Positions 20,003-30,191 of a stretch of 64,000 nt of DNA are shown here, piece by piece (the first letter of the stretch is position 1; each line of letters begins with the position of its first letter). Under the pieces are notes generated by a model. That model searched no databases, was not told the DNA's origin, and saw only the letters and a program-made list of their open reading frames with translations. A program made the position numbers and the translations under genes. The DNA is from Candidatus Poribacteria bacterium (GTDB lineage: Bacteria; Poribacteria; WGA-4E; WGA-3G): NCBI GenBank assembly GCA_965197475.1, contig CBDANF010000003.1, forward strand, positions 2,336,001 through 2,400,000. Reading direction: 5' to 3'.

Positions 20003-20240
20003 CTATTTGCTCCCTTCTTTTCAACAAGTCTTTGTCAACGTAAATGCCAATTCGATCTATTACAGTATATTTGCTGACACCTAAATTCTCGACGTTGATT
20101 CGTAAAAACACTACGAACCATAATTTATTCTGCGATAGATTTTATGAGATAAGTGCAGATAAGGAATAAGTCAGTATGTTATTTATCTTCACTTAACACG
20201 TTATTGGATGCACTTTTTAACGAATTGTTCAATAAAAAAG

Positions 20241-20269
20241 TTGACATACCATAAAAAAGTTGGTAAGAT
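20241..20269 (+). promoter_or_regulatory. sigma70-type promoter
   Basis: TTGACA-17 nt-TAAGAT upstream of 20321. Confidence 0.55.
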
Positions 20270-20320
20270 ATATCAGAAATGTTTCGCTCTTCAGAAAAGT
20301 GATATTTAAGGAGAGAAATA

Positions 20321-21124
20321 ATGAGCCAAGCGTTACCACTCATAGCATATCCCGACCTTGAAAGCCAAGTCACGGCGATGGAAGAAGATGGATATACCTA
20401 TCTGCCAAAGGTTATTGATGCCGAAAAACTCGCGGAACTCCGCGAGGCAATGGATAAATTAACAGCAATTCCTGAGAGTTTTGATAAGCACAGCGTGCCA
20501 GAAAATGGAAACGGTTTTCTTAACAAACATATCAATAACGCTTTTAATCGTGACCGGGTTTTCTTACACTATCTTGACAAGTCACCCGTCATTGAGTTAG
20601 CAGAAGCAGTTCATGGGGGTGATTGTCATGTGATTGGAATGACAGCATGGATAACAGGCCCTGGCCGTCCCGACCAAGGGCTACATTCAGACTGGTTGCC
20701 AATCCCGCTTCCCGCAGACGTTTTAGAAGACCCTCGCGTTAAAGTGCCAATTTACATCACAACCGCACATTACTACTTAGATGACCTTTATGAAGACCTC
20801 GGTCCAACAAAGTTTGTCCCAGGCAGTCATCTTTCTGGACGAAGACCTGATGGCGAAACAGAGTGGAAAGGGGCGAAGGAACAGAGCATCCTTTGCAACG
20901 GCGGCGACGTGGTGATTTTTAGGAGTGAAGTTTGGCATAGAGGCACAGCAAACTGTAGTAACCAAACCCGCTATCTGTTGCAGGTGCATTACGCGAACCG
21001 TATGATAACACAGAAATATCCACCCTATCTGAATCGGTTTCAATTCGATGAATCAATCTTAGAGCAGGCGACAGAACGCCAACAGCGACTAATGGGGAAC
21101 CATCGTCCCGGTGCTTATGATTAA
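20321..21124 (+). CDS. Phytanoyl-CoA dioxygenase (PhyH) family protein
   Basis: QGLHSD, GPTKFVPGSH, GDVVIF..EVWHRG..N...TR. Confidence 0.9.
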   Translation: MSQALPLIAYPDLESQVTAMEEDGYTYLPKVIDAEKLAELREAMDKLTAIPESFDKHSVPENGNGFLNKHINNAFNRDRVFLHYLDKSPVIELAEAVHGGDCHVIGMTAWITGPGRPDQGLHSDWLPIPLPADVLEDPRVKVPIYITTAHYYLDDLYEDLGPTKFVPGSHLSGRRPDGETEWKGAKEQSILCNGGDVVIFRSEVWHRGTANCSNQTRYLLQVHYANRMITQKYPPYLNRFQFDESILEQATERQQRLMGNHRPGAYD

Positions 21125-21177
21125 TGTAACTGCAAATTTTTCAGTAATCGGACCTCACATGAGGACATCAGTTTCCC

Positions 21178-22098
21178 TTGAATAGAAAAGAACCCGTCGG
21201 GACATCACCAATCCGACATGTTATCAACGAAGACCCTCACGGGAAGATTATCGCCCTCAGTTTACTCCTCGCTTTTCTCTGGGGTGGGAATTCGCTTGCG
21301 ATTAAAATCGGTTTGGATGACCTGCCCCCGATGGCACTGGCATTTTTACGTTTTGTTATTGGTCTCGTCGTAGTTGGTGTATGGTCGCTCTATCGTCGAA
21401 CTCCGCTTGGCTTAAACCGAGGGGAATTCTCCCGCCTACTATTGCTCACCGCGATCTTCATATCACAAATCATCGTGTTGAACACTGGCACCATGTTTAC
21501 GACAGCCTCACGCTCAACTATTTTCGTTAACGTATATCCATTCTTTACAGCACTTTTTGCACATTTCTGGATCCCGGGGGAACGCCTCTCTCTAACAAAA
21601 ACATTAGGAATCATCGTTGCCTTCAGCGGTGTTTTTGTAACCGTCGCGCCAAATCTCGGAAAAGGTGAAATAAGTATCCTTGGCGATCTACTTGTTCTTG
21701 TCAGTGGATGTTTTTTGGGACTGCGAGTTGTCGTGACAAAACTGTTAGTCCAATCAATCCACCCGTATCGACTCTTGGTCTGGTATTTAAGTTTGAGTCT
21801 GCCGGTCTATGCTGTCCTGAGTTTTGTGTTTGAACGCGGAGGCACATTCCAATTGACGCTCGCTGGCAGTGCTGCACTCCTCTATCAAGGCGGTGTGGTT
21901 GCTGGCTTCTGTTTTTTGGCATGGACATCAATCCTTGAAAGGTATAGCGCGAGTAAACTTGTCGTACTCTTCTTTGCAACACCACTATCGGGAGTATTGT
22001 TTAGCCACCTGCTTTTAGGTGATGAATTGACGTTTAGTTTGTTGGCGGGTGCTGTTCTGGTAGCAGCTGGGATTTATCTTGTGAATATGCGGCGGTGA
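21178..22098 (+). CDS. EamA/DMT family transporter
   Basis: LWGGN..AIK...PP..LA.LRF; GERL and LLGDEL repeats; about 10 TM segments. Confidence 0.9.
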   Translation: MNRKEPVGTSPIRHVINEDPHGKIIALSLLLAFLWGGNSLAIKIGLDDLPPMALAFLRFVIGLVVVGVWSLYRRTPLGLNRGEFSRLLLLTAIFISQIIVLNTGTMFTTASRSTIFVNVYPFFTALFAHFWIPGERLSLTKTLGIIVAFSGVFVTVAPNLGKGEISILGDLLVLVSGCFLGLRVVVTKLLVQSIHPYRLLVWYLSLSLPVYAVLSFVFERGGTFQLTLAGSAALLYQGGVVAGFCFLAWTSILERYSASKLVVLFFATPLSGVLFSHLLLGDELTFSLLAGAVLVAAGIYLVNMRR

Positions 22099-22127
22099 TA
22101 CCTCGTATGTGTATAGTCGTTTTATTT

Positions 22128-22637
22128 CTATGGCGAATTGATAAAGACATCTAAAGCAGTTTGGCTATCGGTTTCAGGATTGAATGTAAGCATGCTCTCG
22201 CTCCTCGCAGCTCTAATAAGACGTTTATCGGAACTAACCAAAATCAACCTATGTCCTTTTATCCGTAATTCATTTGCCTGATCGAGTGCACATTGAAGGA
22301 TAATAGCGTCAGTGCTGTTAAGAGAATGCTTTTCAATGAATTCCCATGAGTCAGTTATCTGATCTTTGGTTGGAAGTACTAATTCTACTTCATTGCGATG
22401 AATAAATTCATTCTCAAATTGCTGTTTTATCTGATTAAAGAGCGTTTTAGTAATGTTCCTATATTTGTCGTTATTTTTATGTCGTACGAAGATGGAGATT
22501 ACTTCACCAACCCCTTCAAGTAAACAAAACATTTGGTATAAAGGAACGCAAGCGAAAAGGTGGTTCATTTCGGGTGTTCCTGTTTCGGAAATGTGGTGTT
22601 TGATAATTGCGCTTGCATCTAACCAGAAATAATTCAC
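22128..22637 (-). CDS. PIN-domain (VapC-like) toxin
   Basis: WLDASAIIK...E.G, DAIIL..A, VSSDKRLIRAA. Confidence 0.85.
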   Translation of the reverse strand: MNYFWLDASAIIKHHISETGTPEMNHLFACVPLYQMFCLLEGVGEVISIFVRHKNNDKYRNITKTLFNQIKQQFENEFIHRNEVELVLPTKDQITDSWEFIEKHSLNSTDAIILQCALDQANELRIKGHRLILVSSDKRLIRAARSESMLTFNPETDSQTALDVFINSP

Positions 22638-22642
22638 GCGAC

Positions 22643-22963
22643 CTATTTCTCCCGCTCTTCAATTATGGCGCGACTAAAAAGATTGTCTTCTGGTTTTATT
22701 CCCTCCTCCAACAGCAGTTGCTGAATCTCCTCAGCACTAAGGGGTTTGATGTCAGGATTTGGTTTTCCGAGTACTTTTTCAATTAATGGACGCCGCCTCT
22801 CATTCTGTGCCCGTACACGTGCCAACCGAGCGGCCTGGTACTCTTCGGGTGTGAGTGATTTCATTAAAGGTGCTTGAAGTTTTTCTAACTCCTTTTTCAC
22901 CTCTGCTAAATCCCATTCAAGTTGGTCTATTTTTATGAGCAGTTTCGTTATAGAGGGTATCAT
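22643..22963 (-). CDS. Putative antitoxin of the PIN toxin
   Basis: Small gene directly upstream; C-terminus SRAIIEERE is typical of VapB-like proteins. Confidence 0.65.
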   Translation of the reverse strand: MIPSITKLLIKIDQLEWDLAEVKKELEKLQAPLMKSLTPEEYQAARLARVRAQNERRRPLIEKVLGKPNPDIKPLSAEEIQQLLLEEGIKPEDNLFSRAIIEEREK

Positions 22964-23021
22964 AAGTCTTCTCCTCATTAGCGTCAGAAGGTGTAATACC
23001 AAATTAACTTGATCTCACTCG

Positions 23022-23047
23022 GTAGGCGCGCTTTGTAAGCGCGCCTA
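23022..23047. repeat. GTAG-type REP-like palindrome (family B)
   Basis: gtaggcgcgctttgtaagcgcgccta; degenerate copy at 15763-15785. Confidence 0.55.
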
Positions 23048-23166
23048 ACAGCCAGAAAAACAAGATAAATCCGGTAAATTTGGTATAATGTTAATTGCAA
23101 TAACATACTTCTAATCAGGTACATGGTGAAGTCTAAAACCTCACCATACCAAAGCAGAAATAGCGT

Positions 23167-23790
23167 TTAACTACGTATCTGTTCATTCACGGTGACAGGA
23201 TAAATTTCAATGTCAGGACGCGATATGAGCAAACCAACGTAAAAAGTGAGCCATTTCCCACACAGTTCAATAGACATCAATTCTTCGTTATCGCTGATGT
23301 ATTCATGGAGTTCTGCTTCAAATTCCTGTTGTCCTTGCGCATCGGTAACGGTAAGTTTTGCTGAGACAACCTCCTGTCGGTTATATACAACGGTGATTTC
23401 CTCGCCCTCGTTATCAGGATCGGGATAATAGAGCGTCATCTCGTCTGGCAACGGATCACCGAGTTCCTGTTCACCATCAACAATCCACCGCGAGATTTCG
23501 TACTCGTCCTTTGTTCCAGCAATGTGATCAACTCCGACCACAAGCTCCCCATCCACATCTTTGATGTGATACATATAGCGGAGAAGACCGTCGCCTTCGT
23601 ATTTCTTTCGCGTGAAAAGCGTAAAGGCGTGCGAGGTATTCCCTGTATCCTGATATGTGGTAATGTCAGAGAGTTCAATTATACTGTTAATCGGAATGTC
23701 AACTAACTCATGCCGTTCCGGCTTTTTATCCGCTTCCTCTTTCCGTTTGCCAAAAAGAGGTTTCCCTTCTTTTCTACCAAATAGTGCCAT
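23167..23790 (-). CDS. Acidic hypothetical protein (DUF4178-like)
   Basis: Long ORF with RBS; ends LSIE...G...YVG..I....I.I. Confidence 0.5.
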   Translation of the reverse strand: MALFGRKEGKPLFGKRKEEADKKPERHELVDIPINSIIELSDITTYQDTGNTSHAFTLFTRKKYEGDGLLRYMYHIKDVDGELVVGVDHIAGTKDEYEISRWIVDGEQELGDPLPDEMTLYYPDPDNEGEEITVVYNRQEVVSAKLTVTDAQGQQEFEAELHEYISDNEELMSIELCGKWLTFYVGLLISRPDIEIYPVTVNEQIRS

Positions 23791-23798
23791 ACCACCAC

Positions 23799-24875
23799 CT
23801 AAAAATAACCCTTGTTGTACAATACCAACATGATTCCGCCAACAATGATGAGACTACCAAATATGAGAACGAACCACATTGCCCCTGAGGTTTTCTTCTC
23901 TACAATAATCCTTTGGGGTGGTGCGCGCTGTGTATTACTCGTTACATTCGGCGTTTCGGCAGATGCAATGAGTTCCTGTCTTAGAGCCTCTTCATCAGGA
24001 AGTTCTTCAACAGTGACAACCTCCGCACCTTCCCCATAAAACTTATCTGGATTCTCTTCAACATAACTTGCGACATAATCTTCATCCTGATTTGTGTCAG
24101 GATCTACGTAGTTAGAGTTCGGATCAATTCCTTGGCTTTCGTAGTACTCCTTATAATACTCGTACTCCGCTTGCTTCTTGGCATCCCAATGCGATCGGTC
24201 GTAATCCCGATGATGATAATGCCACAAGTAACTATGACGAATCGAATGGTTGTAATAATCATGGAACCATATATTGAACATGATGTTATTATACATCATG
24301 GATGCTTGAAGACTGTAGATTGAATACCCATGCACGGGGTAGAAACCACCGTAGTTGTTAACTGTGATAGTTGAACGTTGTTGCCTACGAGCTTGCACAG
24401 TTTGTCGGTTTGCTTTCGTGACCTGTCGTTTCAAGCTGCGGTTTTCTGATTTAAGCTGTCGTACCTGTTTACGGCCTTGTGCCGTGGTTTGACGCTGTTG
24501 GCTACGCGTAGCAGTGCTATTCCGTGTTGACGTTGTGTTTGTCGTTTTTGCACGATTCGTTGCAGTCTGTTTCTGACGTGCTGACGTGCTGGCGCGTGTG
24601 GAAGTACTTTTTGATGTACGACTTCCGCTGTAGCTGCTGCCGGTACTTCGGGTGCTACGGGTTGGAGTAGAACGTTTTGGTGCTGTGTAACTCTTTGTGC
24701 TACGGCTTGTACTTCTGCTAAAGCTGCGGCTAAAACTACGACCACCACCAAAACCCCCACGGCGACTTTCTACAATATCGGGTGCATACACTAATAAAAA
24801 GAGGACAATCCCGATAAATGACAGGATACGTTTGCATTTACCACTAATTGAAAGTTGTTGGATTTTACGCGTCAT
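23799..24875 (-). CDS. Membrane-anchored protein with RRGGFGGGRSFS low-complexity region and Tyr/His-rich core
   Basis: N-terminal TM or signal segment, R/S/T-rich tract, C-terminal TM helix. Confidence 0.65.
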   Translation of the reverse strand: MTRKIQQLSISGKCKRILSFIGIVLFLLVYAPDIVESRRGGFGGGRSFSRSFSRSTSRSTKSYTAPKRSTPTRSTRSTGSSYSGSRTSKSTSTRASTSARQKQTATNRAKTTNTTSTRNSTATRSQQRQTTAQGRKQVRQLKSENRSLKRQVTKANRQTVQARRQQRSTITVNNYGGFYPVHGYSIYSLQASMMYNNIMFNIWFHDYYNHSIRHSYLWHYHHRDYDRSHWDAKKQAEYEYYKEYYESQGIDPNSNYVDPDTNQDEDYVASYVEENPDKFYGEGAEVVTVEELPDEEALRQELIASAETPNVTSNTQRAPPQRIIVEKKTSGAMWFVLIFGSLIIVGGIMLVLYNKGYF

Positions 24876-24909
24876 ACTGAAATTCCTCCCAATTCTTTAC
24901 ACAAAAAAC

Positions 24910-24938
24910 TTGACAAAAATATCTGAATTTGTTAAACT
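24910..24938 (+). promoter_or_regulatory. sigma70 promoter of tRNA
   Basis: TTGACA-17 nt-TAAACT. Confidence 0.6.
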
Positions 24939-24958
24939 ATTAAAACCTGTTATAATTT

Positions 24959-25032
<74 letters not shown>

Positions 25033-25142
25033 TTTATATTCCTTCGTCGGTTAGGAAAACCTTTTTTAATTGTACCTATCACTCAATTAATATTATGTTA
25101 TCATGAATAGGAATGCGTGTCAAGGATATTGAAAGGAAAAAT

Positions 25143-26015
25143 ATGGCACTTGACGTACGTGATTCGCGTCTTTTAGATTTGATTGATTCAGAAGCAGTTG
25201 TAGAACAATTGGCTACCGGATGCAAATTTACTGAGGGACCGCTGTGGAACTCTATCGGAAGGTATCTGCTTTTTAGCGATATTCCTGCAAACAAAATCCG
25301 GCGATGGGATGTGCAATCCGGAATGACGGTTTTCAGAGACCCTTCTGGAAAGTCAAATGGCTTAACTTACGATAAAGGCGGTCACCTGATAGCTTGCGAA
25401 CATGCCAACCGCCGAGTGTCGCGAACAACGGCGGACGGAGATGTGCTCACGATTGCTTCCCATTATGAGGGCAAACGCCTCAACAGTCCGAACGATGTCG
25501 TTGTAAAATCCGATGGCGGCATCTATTTCACGGATCCACCTTACGGGTTATCCTCAGCATCGGAAAAAGAACTCGATTTTCAAGGTGTTTACCGCTTGTC
25601 ACCCGATGGCGCAACGTTGACACTTCTTGTTGATGATTTTGATAAACCGAACGGCATATGCTTTTCACCTGATGAGTCTATCCTTTATATTAATGACACC
25701 CAACGCATGCATGTGCGTGCATTCGATGTCCAACTTGATAGCACAATAGCAAACGGTCGCGTTTTCGCTGAAGAAAAAGGGGACAACGGAAAACCGGACG
25801 GCATGAAGGTTGATGTGAAAGGAAATGTCTATCTTACAGGACCGAATGGAATTTGGATATTCGCGCCAGATGGAACACATCTTGGAATCATTATCGTCCC
25901 CGAACGCACCGCTAATCTTGCATGGGGTGGTGATTATTGGAAAAGTCTTTTCATTACGGCAAGCACGTCTGTCTATCGTATAGAATGCAAAATAGCAGGA
26001 ATAGCAGTGTCGTAA
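25143..26015 (+). CDS. SMP-30/gluconolactonase family protein
   Basis: FTEGPLW, LFSDIP, SNGL, LNSPND, FTDPPYG, PDGMKVD. Confidence 0.92.
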   Translation: MALDVRDSRLLDLIDSEAVVEQLATGCKFTEGPLWNSIGRYLLFSDIPANKIRRWDVQSGMTVFRDPSGKSNGLTYDKGGHLIACEHANRRVSRTTADGDVLTIASHYEGKRLNSPNDVVVKSDGGIYFTDPPYGLSSASEKELDFQGVYRLSPDGATLTLLVDDFDKPNGICFSPDESILYINDTQRMHVRAFDVQLDSTIANGRVFAEEKGDNGKPDGMKVDVKGNVYLTGPNGIWIFAPDGTHLGIIIVPERTANLAWGGDYWKSLFITASTSVYRIECKIAGIAVS

Positions 26016-26446
26016 TGAAAGTGAAAATCAAACGGGTTGATAAATCCCTCCCATTGCCGAAATACGAAACAAAAGGTTCTGTCGGATTTGATCTGCTCTG
26101 CCGAGAATCAGCGGAAATCACCCCCCATAGTATTGTTTTAATCCCAGCGAACGTAATTGTAGAAACGCCCCCTGGCTACATGCTGATGGTATGTTTACGT
26201 AGCAGTACACCACGTAAATTCGGTTTAATGATGCCCCAAGGTGTAGGCATTGTTGACAATGACTATTGCGGTGAAGAGGATGAGCTAAAAATTCAGGTAT
26301 ACAATTTCACCGACGCACCTGTGACGATTGAGAGAGGCAGTCGGATTGCACAAGCAATTTTTGTCCGAGTGGATACGGCAGAATGGAATGAAGTAGAACA
26401 GATGGCCGCACCATCACGAGGTGGGTTTGGCAGCACAGATTGGTAA
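26015..26446 (+). CDS. dut: dUTP diphosphatase
   Basis: SVGFDL, RSS, GIVDNDY.G, RIAQ, RGGFGST. Confidence 0.92.
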   Translation: MKVKIKRVDKSLPLPKYETKGSVGFDLLCRESAEITPHSIVLIPANVIVETPPGYMLMVCLRSSTPRKFGLMMPQGVGIVDNDYCGEEDELKIQVYNFTDAPVTIERGSRIAQAIFVRVDTAEWNEVEQMAAPSRGGFGSTDW

Positions 26447-26517
26447 CTTTATGCTCCGAAATGCGTTTTTATATACACAAAAACGTCATTGTTATTAAGG
26501 GAGCTTTAGTAGCAGAC

Positions 26518-27315
26518 ATGAAACAGTATCTTGAAGGACTCCAACAGATATTAGATACCGGTGTTGATCGCGAGGGTAGAAACGGGAAAACCCGCGCCCT
26601 TTTCGGCATGCAAATGCGATATAATCTGGAAGATGGGTTTCCTGCGGTAACGACAAAGCAGCTAGCTTTCCAATCAGTGAAAGCGGAACTTCTCGGTTTT
26701 CTGCGTGGTTACGATCACGTCAAACAATTTCAGAAGCTTGGCACACAAATATGGAATGCAAACGCTGCTGCATGGGGACGCGAGGGTGCTCTTGGTTGTA
26801 TTTACGGTGTCCAATGGCGCCGTTGGCGAAAAGAAAACGGCAGAATTGATCAGTTGGCGAAGGTCATTGAACAACTCAAGGTAAATCCACACAGTCGTAG
26901 ACACGTTGTTACCGCCTGGAATCCAGCAGAATTGGATCAGATGGCGTTAGTACCGTGCCACATGTTTTTTCAATTCTTTGTAGCGGACGGCAAATTGTCG
27001 TTGCAGATGTATCAACGTAGTTGTGATATGTTCCTCGGAGTCCCCTTTAATATTGCATCCTACTCGCTATTGCTGTCTATGATAGCACAGATCACTGATC
27101 TTCAACCGAGTGAATTTATCCATGTTTTGGGGGATGCACACATCTACCATGAACATTTTGAACAAGTTAAAACACAACTCCAGCGACAAACCTATCCGTT
27201 GCCACAACTCATCCTGAACACGAATGTGACATCAATTGACAATTTCAGAATTCAAGATATGCGGTTAAAGGATTATCAGCATCACGATGCAATTCGCGCT
27301 AAGATGATTGTTTAA
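26518..27315 (+). CDS. thyA: Thymidylate synthase
   Basis: MKQYL, FPAVTTK, YGVQWR, SRR, PCH, YQRSCD.FLGVPFN, GDAHIY. Confidence 0.97.
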   Translation: MKQYLEGLQQILDTGVDREGRNGKTRALFGMQMRYNLEDGFPAVTTKQLAFQSVKAELLGFLRGYDHVKQFQKLGTQIWNANAAAWGREGALGCIYGVQWRRWRKENGRIDQLAKVIEQLKVNPHSRRHVVTAWNPAELDQMALVPCHMFFQFFVADGKLSLQMYQRSCDMFLGVPFNIASYSLLLSMIAQITDLQPSEFIHVLGDAHIYHEHFEQVKTQLQRQTYPLPQLILNTNVTSIDNFRIQDMRLKDYQHHDAIRAKMIV

Positions 27316-27327
27316 GAGGAGACTAAA

Positions 27328-28137
27328 ATGACCAAAATAAACGGTCTAATAACGCTCTTTATATCTCTCACTATAGTGCTTGTCAGTTGTGGAAAACCTA
27401 CCCCCGGTTACAAAATCTATCGGATTAATGATACGCTTTTAGTCTTTTTGGCTATGAAAGACTCCTCTAAAATCGCTGATGCTACAATTGATAATAATGA
27501 ACTGCATGTAGATATTGCTACCGGTAAAAAGATCGAGAATCGTGTAACGTCGCTGGATAAGGCTTTTAAGTTTACAATAATTGAACCTGATGAGACCCTT
27601 GAAATTCACGGCACAAACAGGATAAACGGGTACGGTGTTGTCCATTTAACAGTCTCTTCTCCTAGACCCAGAAAAATGTCAATGTCCTTTCACTGGAGTG
27701 GTTGGCAAGTAAAAGATTTCCCGAAGAAACCTGGGCCTTTTGCCAATTCCGGTGCTTTTCGGGTTGGAGACAGAATAATGGCTTACTGTTATCTTCCAGA
27801 AGTAAAAAAACCGAAAAAGAAAAAACCTATGTTTTGGATAAAATTTGATGTTAAACACACACCCAAAACTTCGACTGCTTACACCTTTGAAGATAATATG
27901 CTTCATATAGAAACCTACAAAGCGGATTCCAATAAACTAAATAAATTAATTCGTAAGTTAAGTTTTCCGCTTGATGACCTTGAACCTCATGAAACAGTAG
28001 AAGTTGAGGATAAGAAAAAATTAGGTGAGGATATTCATATTGCGTATTTGAAAGTTGTGCCAAAGAAAAACGAACCGACGAGAGTTGTCCCAAAGAGAAG
28101 TCGACCAACTCACCATCCTATTTTGATAGACCGCTGA
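27328..28137 (+). CDS. Hypothetical lipoprotein
   Basis: Lipobox LVSC; GAGGAG RBS. Confidence 0.65.
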   Translation: MTKINGLITLFISLTIVLVSCGKPTPGYKIYRINDTLLVFLAMKDSSKIADATIDNNELHVDIATGKKIENRVTSLDKAFKFTIIEPDETLEIHGTNRINGYGVVHLTVSSPRPRKMSMSFHWSGWQVKDFPKKPGPFANSGAFRVGDRIMAYCYLPEVKKPKKKKPMFWIKFDVKHTPKTSTAYTFEDNMLHIETYKADSNKLNKLIRKLSFPLDDLEPHETVEVEDKKKLGEDIHIAYLKVVPKKNEPTRVVPKRSRPTHHPILIDR

Positions 28138-28175
28138 GGTTTCTACTTCCTGCCTGAAATTCAGAGAACAACCAG

Positions 28176-28892
28176 ATGAAAACAAGAACACTTTACATCA
28201 TTAGTTTCTTACTACTGTTTTCGAGTTGTAAAGTTGAACAGCAAGTAGAATATTTTGGTTTTACTGGCGATAAGAAATGTTGTACAGTTAAGGTATTTAT
28301 GCCAGACAATTGGAAAATCGTCAACGCTCAACTTGAGTCTAACCATCTGAACTTAGCATTCGATAAAGGCAGAGGAATAGAAAAACAAAGTTTTCCGGAT
28401 TCATTCTCAAACATTGATGCTGATGACAGCATTCAATTCAGAGGGGCAAACAGGGTAGGCAGGTTAGCACTTTTGCATTTTACCAAGGAAGAAGATCCAC
28501 AAAGTGCATTCAATCCACCGGTTGCTCAATCTGGTACTACCGAAGGTTTAGGAACATTTGAAAAATATGCTATTTTCCGTACAAGCAATTGGCTTATGGT
28601 CCATTTCTCTATAGAAAGTACCCAGAGAGATAATCTTCCTTTTCTTAACCTAAAGCAGCACTATTATGGAGATGTTGATCTCAATCGTTCGCCTTACTGT
28701 AAACTCACCAAAGAAGCCTTGCTTATCGTATTTGGCAAGGATAATCGAGAAAAACGAAGTTTTCCTATCCATGATTTTATAGAACAGCATGAGGTAGTTG
28801 AATATGGTGGAGGAGGGGCTGGTGTTGGCGAAATTAGAATTGAGCTTACACAACATTTCAAAATTGTCCCTATACAGAAGAAGGAGCAGTGA
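28176..28892 (+). CDS. Hypothetical lipoprotein, distant paralog of 27328..28137
   Basis: Lipobox FSSC; shared N.L......G..IE...I..D......G.NR pattern. Confidence 0.6.
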   Translation: MKTRTLYIISFLLLFSSCKVEQQVEYFGFTGDKKCCTVKVFMPDNWKIVNAQLESNHLNLAFDKGRGIEKQSFPDSFSNIDADDSIQFRGANRVGRLALLHFTKEEDPQSAFNPPVAQSGTTEGLGTFEKYAIFRTSNWLMVHFSIESTQRDNLPFLNLKQHYYGDVDLNRSPYCKLTKEALLIVFGKDNREKRSFPIHDFIEQHEVVEYGGGGAGVGEIRIELTQHFKIVPIQKKEQ

Positions 28893-28934
28893 ACTACAAC
28901 CACAGTATTGCGAACCGTAGGAGTACTAAAAACA

Positions 28935-29438
28935 TTGCGAATCTCAATGATTGCTGCCATAGATAAAAACCGACTTATTGGTAACGGGCCACATATTCCG
29001 TGGCAGTTACCTGCTGACCTTCGACATTTTCGTGATATGACAATTGGCAAACCTGTGGTGATGGGACGTAAGACTTTTGAAACACTTAAACGTCCGTTAG
29101 CAAAGCGGCGAAACATCATCCTCACACGCAACCGCGACTACGAAACACCGCAAGAATGTATAGTTGCTCATTCAGTCGAGGATGTCATCAAAACTGCAGA
29201 GACACTTTCTGAAAACGGTGCATCGGAACTCATGATATGTGGTGGTGCGCCTATTTACGCAGCTTTTTTACCGCATGCAAGTCGACTCTATCTCACCCAG
29301 ATTCACGCGACTTTTGAGGGAGATGTCTATTTTCCTGAATTTGATTGGAATGAGTGGAAAGAAGTGAAACGGACTGACTGTGAAGTAGACGAGAAAAATC
29401 CTTATCCTTACAGTTTTCTGTTTTTAGAAAAGAAGTAG
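28935..29438 (+). CDS. folA: Dihydrofolate reductase
   Basis: ISMIAA, IG...IPW.LPADLRHF, VMGRKTFE, RPL..RRNI, GGA.IY, GD.YFP; exact start uncertain. Confidence 0.95.
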   Translation: MRISMIAAIDKNRLIGNGPHIPWQLPADLRHFRDMTIGKPVVMGRKTFETLKRPLAKRRNIILTRNRDYETPQECIVAHSVEDVIKTAETLSENGASELMICGGAPIYAAFLPHASRLYLTQIHATFEGDVYFPEFDWNEWKEVKRTDCEVDEKNPYPYSFLFLEKK

Positions 29439-29444
29439 AATAGA

Positions 29445-30107
29445 TTGATCACTATTTTCTTTTGGAGCAAACCTGTGCTAAACTTATGCATGCTTTCCGG
29501 TTCTTTTGAATACGACTCTGAAATATCATTAAATACTTTCAAAACGTTCGTTGAGAAAAACTACCCGATCCAAGCAAATTTGATTGCCTACAATTCAGAA
29601 GATGATGACCCATCTTCAGTAGCATTAGACGATGCGGATGCCTTGCTGGTATTTACGCGTCGCCTTAATACAGATGGGGAATCGCTCAGACAATTTCAAA
29701 CGTATTGCGAACAAGGCAGACCGCTTGTTGGAATCAGAACAGCCAGTCATGCGTATCAGAACTGGTTGGAATTTGATAAAGTCATGTTAGGTGGAGACTA
29801 TCAAGGACATTACGGACACGGTCCCGCTGTCCAATTAGAAGCAGTTACACCAGACCATCCAATTCTGAACGGTATTCCGAAATTTGAAAGTTATGGTAGC
29901 CTCTACAAAAATCCATCGCTTCGTGACGATACGTCTGTGCTAATGATGGGACATACGGACGAACATTCGGAACCGGTAGCATGGACACGTTTACATAATG
30001 GTGGACGTATTTTTTACACTTCATTAGGACATCAGAAGGATTTTGAGTTAGAACCGTTCTTGCGATTTCTTGCACAAAGCATTCTGTGGGTCTCAAAACA
30101 GATTTAG
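29445..30107 (+). CDS. ThuA-like (class I glutamine amidotransferase-like) domain protein
   Basis: VGIRTASHA, HPIL.G, EPVAWT, GRIFYTSLGH. Confidence 0.8.
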   Translation: MITIFFWSKPVLNLCMLSGSFEYDSEISLNTFKTFVEKNYPIQANLIAYNSEDDDPSSVALDDADALLVFTRRLNTDGESLRQFQTYCEQGRPLVGIRTASHAYQNWLEFDKVMLGGDYQGHYGHGPAVQLEAVTPDHPILNGIPKFESYGSLYKNPSLRDDTSVLMMGHTDEHSEPVAWTRLHNGGRIFYTSLGHQKDFELEPFLRFLAQSILWVSKQI

Positions 30108-30191
30108 GAAAATTGAAATATCTGAACCTATAGGACAGGAATTAATTATTCTTTGTATGCCTCTGTGATTTTAGCAGGGTATTTTTGAGAT

